Shown here one piece after another: positions 27,257 to 35,504 of a stretch of 64,000 bases of DNA. The notes under the pieces are model-generated. The model did not search any database. It was not told the DNA's origin and was given only the letters and a program-made list of their open reading frames with translations. Position 1 is the stretch's first letter. Each line of letters opens with the position of its first letter. The DNA is from Parcubacteria group bacterium. GTDB lineage: Bacteria; Patescibacteriota; Minisyncoccia; Phycocordibacterales; Phycocordibacteraceae. The position numbers and the translations under genes are program-made. The stretch is taken from positions 44,537 to 108,536 of the forward strand of contig JAQBRE010000007.1 in assembly GCA_028286605.1 (NCBI GenBank), read 5' to 3'.

Positions 27257-27342
27257 CAAAAGGCTGGGAATAGCTTCTCTCGCGTCCTCGCCTCGGGCCC
27301 TGCACGGCTCCGGGCGCTGCGAGAACTATTCCCAGCCTTTTG
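27257..27342 (+). promoter_or_regulatory. Long imperfect hairpin element A, 3 nt after the rpmE stop (outer stem 17 bp perfect; conserved core ..CTGCACGG.TCCG.GCGCTGCG.GAA)
   Basis: The 5' arm caaaaggctgggaatag (27257-27273) pairs perfectly with ctattcccagccttttg (27326-27342). Its core is shared with element B at 29095-29179. Confidence 0.55.
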
Positions 27343-27367
27343 TGTTGATATACTTCGAGCAACAACC

Positions 27368-28324
27368 ATGATTGAGTACTCATCTGATTTTAAGGCGAAT
27401 CACAAAACCGCGTACTTGGCGGAGGAGTTTGAGCGTCTGGAGGCAGAACGAAGTAGCGGAAGAGAAGCGGCAGGGGAGGACGCGGTGCTGCGTGAGATGG
27501 CTGCAGAAGATGAGGACCGTATTGATGCGCGGCAGAAGGAGATTCTCGGAACCATCGAGGATATTTTGAATAAGGATAAGGAGGAAGAAAGCTTGCCGAA
27601 GGCCGTGGTGTTGGAATTCCGTGCTGGCGCTGGCGGCGATGAAGCGACGTTGTTCGCTCAAGAGCTGAAGGAGATGTACCAGAAGTACGCAGAAGCGAAG
27701 GGTTGGCCAGTACGCGTTATAGATGAGCTCACGATCGAAGTGAGCGGAACGAAAGCGTATGAGGCGCTTCGGTACGAAACTGGCGTGCATCGCGTGCAGC
27801 GCGTTCCACAAACGGAAAAATCCGGACGTATACACACTTCAACTGCATCGGTCGCTTCGCTCCCTATTCGCACGAAGCCGAAGTTCGAGATCAACCCTAC
27901 GGATATCGAGATGGAATTCTCGCGCTCCGGCGGCGCAGGCGGCCAGAACGTGAACAAGGTGGAGTCTGCGGTGCGTCTCATTCACAAGCCGACGGGTATA
28001 GATGTTCGCTCAACGAGCGAACGCTCGCAGCTGAACAACCGCCTTAAGGCTATGGAAATCCTTTCCGCGAAGCTCGAAGCTATCTATGAGGAAGAAGAGG
28101 CAAAGAAGCACGCGGATATGCGCTCAGGCCAGATCGGTACGGGCGACCGCTCCGAGAAGATCCGCACCTATAACTTTCTGCAGGATCGCATCACGGATCA
28201 CCGCTTGAAAGAGTCCTGGCATAACCTGCCTAAAATCATGCTCGGAAACCTCGATCCTATCGTTGAGGCCCTTCAGGCTGCCGCAGCGAACGGGGGAGTG
28301 GGCGCTGCTGAGGATGCTGAGTAA
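27368..28324 (+). CDS. prfA: Peptide chain release factor 1
   Basis: GGQ motif ([25 protein letters not shown]) and the RF1-type PQT tripeptide ([13 protein letters not shown]). Confidence 0.9.
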   Translation: MIEYSSDFKANHKTAYLAEEFERLEAERSSGREAAGEDAVLREMAAEDEDRIDARQKEILGTIEDILNKDKEEESLPKAVVLEFRAGAGGDEATLFAQELKEMYQKYAEAKGWPVRVIDELTIEVSGTKAYEALRYETGVHRVQRVPQTEKSGRIHTSTASVASLPIRTKPKFEINPTDIEMEFSRSGGAGGQNVNKVESAVRLIHKPTGIDVRSTSERSQLNNRLKAMEILSAKLEAIYEEEEAKKHADMRSGQIGTGDRSEKIRTYNFLQDRITDHRLKESWHNLPKIMLGNLDPIVEALQAAAANGGVGAAEDAE

Positions 28325-28387
28325 GTGTTTCGCGACGGTCTGTAAGGCCGTATTGCGCCCCTATATGGCGTGTGGTATCTTCTGTCT

Positions 28388-29089
28388 ATGACTACCGATA
28401 CATCGGCTGGGCCTGGCGTTGACGCTCTCTTTGCAGCGGGCGCTCACTTTGCCCAGGTGAAAAGCCGTCGCCACCCAACTATGAAGCCGTTCGTCCTTGG
28501 CTCTAAGAGCAAGGTTGAGATCTTCGATCTCGTTAAGACCGATGCACAGCTTGCAGCGGCTAAGACCGCTATCGCGGCGCTCGCACGCGACGGCAAGACC
28601 ATCCTCTTCGTCGGCGGCAAGCGCGAAGTATCCGATCAGGTTCGTGAAGCAGCGAAGCGCATCGGACAGCCGTATGTTGCTGGTCGCTGGCTCGGCGGCA
28701 CTATCTCTAACTTCGTAGAGATCAAGAAGCGTATCGACCGCCTTGCAGACCTCACCGAGAAGCGCTCTACTGGCGAACTCAGCAAGCTCTACACGAAGCT
28801 CGAGCGCGTCTACATCGACCGCGAAATCGACCGTCTCACTGAGCGCCTCGACGGTATCCGCAACCTCGCGAAGCGTCCTGACGCTATGGTTATCGTAGAC
28901 ACGAAGGCTGAGGCACACGCTTCTAAGGAAGCGAAGGATGCAGGCATTCCTGTTATCGGCATCATGAGCTCGGATTGCGATATCCACGATGCTGCATTCC
29001 CTATAGTCACTAATGACGCTTCACGCGCAACGGTGACTCTCGTTCTTCAGGAACTCACGAACGCGTTCGAAGTCGGTCAGAAGGGATAG
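28388..29089 (+). CDS. rpsB: 30S ribosomal protein S2
   Basis: AGAHFAQVKSRRHPTMKPFVLGSKSKVEIFDL ... LFVGGKRE ... RWLGGTISNF matches the S2 family. Confidence 0.95.
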   Translation: MTTDTSAGPGVDALFAAGAHFAQVKSRRHPTMKPFVLGSKSKVEIFDLVKTDAQLAAAKTAIAALARDGKTILFVGGKREVSDQVREAAKRIGQPYVAGRWLGGTISNFVEIKKRIDRLADLTEKRSTGELSKLYTKLERVYIDREIDRLTERLDGIRNLAKRPDAMVIVDTKAEAHASKEAKDAGIPVIGIMSSDCDIHDAAFPIVTNDASRATVTLVLQELTNAFEVGQKG

Positions 29090-29094
29090 ATAGC

Positions 29095-29179
29095 AGGAAG
29101 CTCTGAGTAGCTTCCCTCGCGTGCTCACCTCGAGTACCTGCACGGTTCCGCGCGCTGCGGGAACTACTCAGAGCTTCCT
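29095..29179 (+). promoter_or_regulatory. Long imperfect hairpin element B, 6 nt after the rpsB stop, homologous to element A with compensatory stem changes
   Basis: The 5' arm aggaagctctgagtag (29095-29110) pairs perfectly with ctactcagagcttcct (29164-29179). The inner core cctcgcgtgctcacctcgagtacctgcacggttccgcgcgctgcgggaa is about 85% identical to A. Confidence 0.55.
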
Positions 29180-29218
29180 TACGTTCGATATCTTTTGTAC
29201 AATAAACGAAACACAAAT

Positions 29219-29800
29219 ATGGAAATCACTACCGAAATGCTCAAAACTCTCCGTGACAAAACGGGAGTATCAGTAATGCAGTGCAAGAAAGCTTTGGAAG
29301 AGGCAGAGGGAGATATTGATAAGGCTGAGGTTATCCTGCGCAAGCGCTCGAGCTCTGCCGCAGAGAAGAAGGGAGATCGCGAGCTCGGTGCAGGTGCTAT
29401 CGGTTCCTACGTACACGGCGGCGAGATCGGCGCTATGGTGCTTCTTTCCTGCGAGACGGACTTCGTTGCACGTAACCCAGAATTCCCTGCGCTCGCTCGC
29501 GAAATCGCGATGCAGATCGCCGCTTCTGATCCGAAGTACCTGAACGAGGCAGACATCGCTCCTGAGGCTGTAACAGCCGCTAAGGCGGTCTTTACTGCAG
29601 AGGTGCAGGACAAGCCCGCAGACATGCAGGAGAAGATCCTCGAGGGCAAGATGGCTTCGTATTTCAAGGACATGGTCCTCATGAATCAGACATACATCAA
29701 GGATGATTCTAAGAGCGTGAAGGACCTCATCACGGAGGCTTCACAGAAGTTCGGCGAGCGCGTCGAGATCACGAAGTACGCGCGCTTCAGCGCGCGCTAG
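29219..29800 (+). CDS. tsf: Elongation factor Ts (short form)
   Basis: EITTEMLKTLRDKTGVSVMQCKKALEEAEGDIDKAEVILRK matches the UBA-like N-terminal domain of EF-Ts. Confidence 0.9.
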   Translation: MEITTEMLKTLRDKTGVSVMQCKKALEEAEGDIDKAEVILRKRSSSAAEKKGDRELGAGAIGSYVHGGEIGAMVLLSCETDFVARNPEFPALAREIAMQIAASDPKYLNEADIAPEAVTAAKAVFTAEVQDKPADMQEKILEGKMASYFKDMVLMNQTYIKDDSKSVKDLITEASQKFGERVEITKYARFSAR

Positions 29801-29830
29801 GGTTCGTCCGCGAGCTCCGCTTGCATCACT

Positions 29831-30286
29831 ATGCTGTATTTCATCTTTCTTCCGATAACGTTCGCTCTTCTCGTGCTGTTTTTGCTGCTCACGTTCGTGG
29901 AAGCGAAAAGCGGCATGCGCATGTTCAGCGGCACACGCGACAAGTTCGATGCGCGCATCGGACGCGCATCATTCGTGCTTCGTCATGTGGATTGGGGAGC
30001 ATTCGTGAATGATGTTACGCGCACGTTCTTCGAACGCGCGCTTCATGACATCGCGCACGGCACGCTCATGGTGGTTCGCTTCGTCGAGCGCGTGCTGACA
30101 CGCATCGTGCGCTCTCTGCGCATGCGCCGCGAACGCATCCTGCCACAGGCAAGTTTCGAGCCGAAAACGTCTCGCATTTCAGAGACGATGACGTATCTGA
30201 AGAGTACGCTTCGCCGCACGCGCCGTGCTCCGAAGAACCTGCCAGGCCAGGGTGCGCAGGAGGTGCAGGATGTGGTAGAACTATAA
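29831..30286 (+). CDS. Hypothetical membrane protein
   Basis: N-terminal TM helix (MLYFIFLPITFALLVLFLLLTFV) and an Arg-rich remainder. No recognisable family. Confidence 0.35.
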   Translation: MLYFIFLPITFALLVLFLLLTFVEAKSGMRMFSGTRDKFDARIGRASFVLRHVDWGAFVNDVTRTFFERALHDIAHGTLMVVRFVERVLTRIVRSLRMRRERILPQASFEPKTSRISETMTYLKSTLRRTRRAPKNLPGQGAQEVQDVVEL

Positions 30287-30303
30287 AGACGCAAAACATA
30301 CGT

Positions 30304-30379
30304 GCCGCCTTAGCTCAGTTGGTAGAGCAACACTTTTGTAAAGTGAAGGTCCCCAGTTCAAGCCTGGGAGGCGGCTCCA
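30304..30379 (+). tRNA. tRNA-Thr (anticodon UGU)
   Basis: Manual cloverleaf fold. Acceptor gccgcct/aggcggc has 7/7 pairs. D arm gctc-agttggta-gagc. Anticodon loop ttTGTaa. Variable aggtc. T arm cccag-ttcaagc-ctggg. Discriminator t and encoded CCA. Confidence 0.9.
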
Positions 30380-30384
30380 AAAGA

Positions 30385-30416
30385 AAAAGCCCGCTCCAAA
30401 AGGAGCGGGCTTTTTC
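30385..30416. terminator. Bidirectional rho-independent terminator
   Basis: aaaaagcccgctcc-aaaa-ggagcgggcttttt lies between the + strand tRNA and the end of the - strand gene. Confidence 0.8.
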
Positions 30417-30430
30417 TATCATCCGTTACC

Positions 30431-31147
30431 TTACTTCTTCGTGGTTGTAGCGGTGGTGCTGGTCGCTGTGCTGGTGGCGAAGAAGTCCTTAGGGAAGGAA
30501 GTTTCAAAATCAGCGATAGTCGTGAAGCCATAGGTGTGCGTTCCGTCTATCACGAAGGCAGGAAACTTCGGCTGTACTTTCTCCACGGCGATGAGCGTCT
30601 TAAGCGCGCCGAGGTCGAGATTGTAATCGAAGGAATACACGCGCAGATTCGGGTTTGCCTGGTGGAGGTAGGAAAGCGCGTAGCTGGCCCGATCGCAATC
30701 CGTACAGGAACCGGGAACGTTCGAATAGAAATAGAGCGCAACGGTCGGCTTCGTGTGGCAGGTCGTCTCAAGCTGCTTCACGAGCAGGTAGTCACGAATC
30801 TCAAGGAGCGTGTACTGATCCTTCAGCTGGATAACCTGTGCGTCATTCGCGCCCAAGCGGCTCTCTGCGGTAGATAGCTGGCCGCCGAGCGTCGATACTT
30901 CCTGTGAAAGAGTGTCGGTATCAGAGATGTCATCGCAAGGCGCAGACTCCAGAAGCGCGAGCTGCGTCTCTACGGAAAGGGTATCGGTAGCGAGCTGGTT
31001 CTGCAGGGCCGAAAGTTGCGCGACGCGTTGCTGATCCAGATAATTCACTGCATAGATAACGCTGCCGATAATGAACAGGGTTATCAGGAGGGCGAGTATG
31101 GAATTGCGGAAGGCGAGCGAGCGGACCGGAGATTTCGAGGGAGGCAT
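30431..31147 (-). CDS. Membrane-anchored coiled-coil protein with C-terminal thioredoxin-like CxxC (SCTDC) domain
   Basis: TM helix, Q/L-rich coiled coil, then VALYFYSNVPGSCTDCDRAS ... FPAFVIDG, which resembles a thioredoxin fold. Start set at the internal Met 31147 to avoid overlap with the upstream gene. Confidence 0.45.
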   Translation of the reverse strand: MPPSKSPVRSLAFRNSILALLITLFIIGSVIYAVNYLDQQRVAQLSALQNQLATDTLSVETQLALLESAPCDDISDTDTLSQEVSTLGGQLSTAESRLGANDAQVIQLKDQYTLLEIRDYLLVKQLETTCHTKPTVALYFYSNVPGSCTDCDRASYALSYLHQANPNLRVYSFDYNLDLGALKTLIAVEKVQPKFPAFVIDGTHTYGFTTIADFETSFPKDFFATSTATSTTATTTKK

Positions 31148-31166
31148 AAGGGCAGTATAAACCAAA

Positions 31167-32405
31167 CTAACGCCATTTGCGCTTGGTGCCGGTAATGAGG
31201 TCGGAAAGCGAACGCATGAGCCAGAACGGCGCGATGAAGCCCAGTACGAGCGCATAGCCTATGATTCCGATCGTAAGATTGTGCGGCGTGTTGGAAACGC
31301 GCTTGCCGATGATGATGAATGCAACCGATGCAATTGCGGTGATGAACGAAAGGATCGTGACAAAGCTCAACGATAGATACAGACCCTCCAAAGAGAAGTG
31401 CGGCGCCAGCGTGTATGAAAGAGGAACGCCCTGTGTGATGAAATACGTCTTGAGCACATCATGCGCGACCACTACGATTGCCAATACGAACAGGATGACG
31501 CCGCCGATGACGGCGACGAAACCGAGCGGCAGCACCAAGAGGCCCAGCACGCCGTACTTCGGATTGCCAACGAGGTCCCGGTACTCGATCGTTACGTTGC
31601 GCAGGAAGCCGGTAGTCCAGCGCGTGCGCTGCTTCACGAGCTTCGGAATAGTGAGCGGTACTTTCGTATATACGCGTGCGCGCGGCGCGTTCTCGATCTC
31701 ATAACCGGCGCGCTGCATGCGCAGCGCCATCTCCATGTCTTCAGCCTGATGCGCATGACGGAATCCGCCTATCTCGCGGATGACAGACATGCGGTAGAAG
31801 GAGAAAGGACCAGGTGTCACATAGATGCCATTTACGGCCGAAAGCACGTGCCGTGCGGCGATACCGAAGATGTATTCGGCGTGCTGCATGCGTTCAAGGA
31901 AGGTGTGCGGTTCGAACACGCTCATTGCCGGCGTCGCTGCTGCAACGTGCGGATCCTCGAAGCAGGAGACTATCTCGCGAAGCGCGTCAGGCGCAACGAA
32001 CGAGTCCGCATCAAGACAGCCGACGAACTCTGCGTCGTGCGCGATTTCGATGCCTGCATTTATCGCCGTATGCTTACCGCCATTCTCTTTGTGCAGTACG
32101 GTGATCTGCGGATTGCCGATATATGAATCCATCACCATCTGCGTGTTGTCCGTAGAGCCGTCATTCACGAGGACTATCTGCAGCTTGTCTTTCGGATAAT
32201 CAAGCGCGAGGAGCGACTTCACCGTGCCGTCTATCGTGTCCTGTTCATTCCAGCAGGGAACGATAATCGCGACCTTGGGGGTGACGATAGATGCCGGGCG
32301 CTCGCGACGCTCACGCGTGGGCGTGGAAAGGAAGGTAACGAGCAGGAAGACCTGGAAATACAGGCCGAGAAAGAGGAACGGATAGGCGAGGAGAGTTAGA
32401 TCCAT
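31167..32405 (-). CDS. Family-2 glycosyltransferase, processive polysaccharide-synthase type (QxxRW)
   Basis: IVPCWNEQDTIDGTVKSLLALDYPKDKLQIVLVNDGSTDNT (GT2 DxD region), a KQRTRWTTGF QxxRW motif, and N- and C-terminal TM segments. Confidence 0.85.
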   Translation of the reverse strand: MDLTLLAYPFLFLGLYFQVFLLVTFLSTPTRERRERPASIVTPKVAIIVPCWNEQDTIDGTVKSLLALDYPKDKLQIVLVNDGSTDNTQMVMDSYIGNPQITVLHKENGGKHTAINAGIEIAHDAEFVGCLDADSFVAPDALREIVSCFEDPHVAAATPAMSVFEPHTFLERMQHAEYIFGIAARHVLSAVNGIYVTPGPFSFYRMSVIREIGGFRHAHQAEDMEMALRMQRAGYEIENAPRARVYTKVPLTIPKLVKQRTRWTTGFLRNVTIEYRDLVGNPKYGVLGLLVLPLGFVAVIGGVILFVLAIVVVAHDVLKTYFITQGVPLSYTLAPHFSLEGLYLSLSFVTILSFITAIASVAFIIIGKRVSNTPHNLTIGIIGYALVLGFIAPFWLMRSLSDLITGTKRKWR

Positions 32406-32478
32406 AGAGGCCTGCGGTAGAAGCAGTCTAGCAAAAAAGCCCTATTTTTTCTATGTAGCAGAGGGTATACTCGAACCT

Positions 32479-33213
32479 ATGACAGACGGGCATCTTCACC
32501 CAATAAGCGTGGCCGTACGCGAAATCGCGGATATATTCGGCCGTATGGGATTCTCGGTAGCGGCTGGCCCAGAGCTCGAGGAAGAGCACTACAATTTCAA
32601 TATGCTCAACATTCCGCCGGATCATCCTGCGCGCGATATGCAGGACACGTTCTGGACGAATGAAGAGCCGCGGCGCGTGCCGCGCACGCAGACGAGCCCG
32701 ATGCAGATCCGCTACATGGAAGCGAAGATGCAGGGCGGCATCCTGCCGCCCTATCGCGTGATTGTTCCGGGAAAAGTATTCCGCAATGAAGCGACGGATG
32801 CGACGCATGAAGCGCAGTTCTATCAGAACGAAGGGCTGTGCATCGGCGAGAATATTTCGCTCGCGCACCTGAAAGGCACGCTCGATCAGTTCTTCAAGGA
32901 ATATCTCGGCGTAGAAGCGAAGGTGCGATTTCGTCCGAGCTTCTTCCCATTCACTGAGCCTTCGGTTGAAGTGGATGTGTGGTATCAGCCGGAAGGGAAA
33001 GAAGGTCGCTGGCTCGAAGTGATGGGTGGCGGCATGGTGCATCCTACGGTGCTCGAGAACGCCGGCGTCGATTCGAAAAAGTATCAGGGCTTCGCCTTCG
33101 GCGGCGGCATCGAGCGATTGGTGATGGTGAAGCACGGCGTACCGGATGTGCGCGCCTTCCATGCCGGCGACATTCGCTTCGTCTACGGATTCGACGAGAC
33201 TATCCAGAATTAA
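32479..33213 (+). CDS. pheS: Phenylalanine--tRNA ligase alpha subunit (N-terminally short form)
   Basis: FNMLNIPPDHPARDMQDTFW, RTQTSPMQIRYM and FRPSFFPFTEPSVEVDV are class II motifs 1-3 of PheS. Confidence 0.9.
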   Translation: MTDGHLHPISVAVREIADIFGRMGFSVAAGPELEEEHYNFNMLNIPPDHPARDMQDTFWTNEEPRRVPRTQTSPMQIRYMEAKMQGGILPPYRVIVPGKVFRNEATDATHEAQFYQNEGLCIGENISLAHLKGTLDQFFKEYLGVEAKVRFRPSFFPFTEPSVEVDVWYQPEGKEGRWLEVMGGGMVHPTVLENAGVDSKKYQGFAFGGGIERLVMVKHGVPDVRAFHAGDIRFVYGFDETIQN

Positions 33214-33216
33214 TAT

Positions 33217-35112
33217 ATGAAGACTTCACGCGCCTGGCTTCAGACCTATTTCGAAAAACCGCTTCCCACTGCGGAGGAACTCGGCGATGCGCTAACCTTC
33301 CATTCGTTCGAGATAGAGGAAGCAGAAGGCGATTTGCTTGAGGTGAAGGTATTGCCTGATCGTGCTGCAGATTGCCTGAGTCATCGCGGCGTCGCGCATG
33401 AGATAGCTGCCGTACTCGACATGCCGATGAAGAGTGATTCGCTTCGCGAATCACTGCCTGAATTCCCGCATACGGATTCGCTTACCGTTTCAATACAGAA
33501 TCCCGAGAAGTGCCCGCGCTATATGGGTGCACTGATACGCGGCGTGAAAGTCGGCCCGTCGCCGGAATGGCTGAAAGCCTCCATCGAAGCAGTGGGACAG
33601 CGTTCTATCAACAACGTCGTGGATGCGACGAACTACGTGATGCTCAACATCGGCCAGCCGCTGCATGCCTTCGATGCAGCGAAGCTGGGAAATAAGGACG
33701 GCGTCTACGCCATTGCCGTACGCGATTCACGTGCCGGTGAAAAGATCACGACGCTCACCGGCGAAGAGTATGCACTTCCTGAAGGCACGATGCTTATTAC
33801 GGATGCGTCGAGCGATTCGCCTGCAGGTATTGCTGGCGTGAAAGGCGGAAAAGCTGCGGAAGTGAACGCAAGCACGACCGATATCATCATCGAGTCTGCG
33901 AATTTCGATGGTACGAGCGTACGGCGCACCGCAGGTGCGCTGAAGCTATGGACCGATGCGTCGCAGCGGTATCAAAATAAGATTTCGCCTGCACTTGCGG
34001 CATACGGCATGCGCGATGTGCTCGCGCTCATTCAGCAGGTTGCGGGCGGGGAAGTGGCGGGCGTCGTTGATATTAATCATTACACGCAGGAACACGCAGA
34101 CGTTTCTGTTTCGCTCGCGAAGATAAACAGCTTGCTCGGCGCATCGTTCACTACCGTCGACGTCGCGAGCGCGTTCGATCGTCTCGGTTTTTCATACACG
34201 CAGGAAGGAGATGGCAAAGAGGTATTCACCGTCACGCCGCCATTCGAGCGCCGCGACATCACGCTACCCGAAAATCTCGTTGAAGAAGCTGGCCGCATCC
34301 TTGGCTACGACCGCATCGCGGCGCAGCCGCTTCCGAACGAAGCCGTAGAAGCAGATCAGATCCGCTATCGCGGTGTCGAGCACATAAAAGATTTCATGGC
34401 CGAACATGGCTATACGGAAATCAGCACGCAGACGTTTGCTGTGGAAGGCGATATCACGCTCGCGAATCCGCTTGATAAGACGAAGCCTGCGCTGCGCACG
34501 ACCCTCACAGAAAACATGAAGGTATCGCTCGCGCATGCTGCGACCGTTGCGCCGCGCGTGCTCGGTCCTGAGACATTCGTAAAGCTATTCGAGATAGGCA
34601 CCGTGTTCACGAAAGACGGCGAGCATCTTTCGCTCTGTTTCGGCTATCAGCAGATGAGTGGAAAGAAGTATGCGATGCTCCTCGCTGAGATGGCTGCTGC
34701 GCTTGCCGATGAATTCGGCATGCACACGTCGATCGTTGCGGAGAACATCGCGGAAGTGGATTTGAATAATGTTTCATTCACGCCATTCGGCACGGACTAT
34801 ACGCCGAAGAAAATCGCCCTCGGCGCGTATCGCACCTATTCCGTATATCCGTCTGCCATTCGCGATATCGCGGTATGGACTCCTGAAGGCACGCAGGAAT
34901 CGGAAGTTTCTATATTCATCGAACAACAGGCGGGCGAGCTGCTCGCCCGTATCGACCGCTTCGACCGTTTCGAAAAGGATGGACGCACCTCATTCGCATT
35001 CCGTCTTGTCTTCCAGTCATTCGAGCGCACGCTCGCCGATACGGACCTCGATCCTACAATGGAAAAAGTCACTTCAGCACTGAACGCAAAAGACGGCTAC
35101 GAAGTCCGTTAG
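33217..35112 (+). CDS. pheT: Phenylalanine--tRNA ligase beta subunit (short, 631 aa)
   Basis: B3/B4-type N-terminus MKTSRAWLQTYFEKPLPTAEELGDALTFHSFEIEE. It sits immediately after pheS. Confidence 0.85.
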   Translation: MKTSRAWLQTYFEKPLPTAEELGDALTFHSFEIEEAEGDLLEVKVLPDRAADCLSHRGVAHEIAAVLDMPMKSDSLRESLPEFPHTDSLTVSIQNPEKCPRYMGALIRGVKVGPSPEWLKASIEAVGQRSINNVVDATNYVMLNIGQPLHAFDAAKLGNKDGVYAIAVRDSRAGEKITTLTGEEYALPEGTMLITDASSDSPAGIAGVKGGKAAEVNASTTDIIIESANFDGTSVRRTAGALKLWTDASQRYQNKISPALAAYGMRDVLALIQQVAGGEVAGVVDINHYTQEHADVSVSLAKINSLLGASFTTVDVASAFDRLGFSYTQEGDGKEVFTVTPPFERRDITLPENLVEEAGRILGYDRIAAQPLPNEAVEADQIRYRGVEHIKDFMAEHGYTEISTQTFAVEGDITLANPLDKTKPALRTTLTENMKVSLAHAATVAPRVLGPETFVKLFEIGTVFTKDGEHLSLCFGYQQMSGKKYAMLLAEMAAALADEFGMHTSIVAENIAEVDLNNVSFTPFGTDYTPKKIALGAYRTYSVYPSAIRDIAVWTPEGTQESEVSIFIEQQAGELLARIDRFDRFEKDGRTSFAFRLVFQSFERTLADTDLDPTMEKVTSALNAKDGYEVR

Positions 35113-35113
35113 C

Positions 35114-35461
35114 ATGGATTTCCTACATATAGACGACCTGCTCGTCTCGGCAACGCACGGCCATTATGAACCAGAGTGGAGCCGCGAACAGCGTTTCCTT
35201 ATTTCACTGCGTGTCGGTTTTGATTCACGTCCCGCAGGGAACACCGACACGCTTGCAGATACGATCGATTACGACGCGCTCAAGAAAGCAGTGAATGATA
35301 TTCTCGCCGCAGACCGTCGCTATCTTATTGAAAAATTGGCGAATGACATTGCCGAGCAGATTCTTACGGATGGCCGCGCGCTCGAGGTAACGGTCACTAT
35401 CAAGAAGCTCGACGTCTGGGAGAATGGCGTTCCTGGGGTGACCATAACCCGCACCAGATAG
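35114..35461 (+). CDS. folB: Dihydroneopterin aldolase
   Basis: MDFLHIDDLLVSATHGHYEPEWSREQRFLISLRV matches the FolB family pattern. Length 115 aa. Confidence 0.8.
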   Translation: MDFLHIDDLLVSATHGHYEPEWSREQRFLISLRVGFDSRPAGNTDTLADTIDYDALKKAVNDILAADRRYLIEKLANDIAEQILTDGRALEVTVTIKKLDVWENGVPGVTITRTR

Positions 35462-35504
35462 GCACGTTCCGGGCTGTTTCGTGCTATACTGAAAGTAAGA
35501 AATT

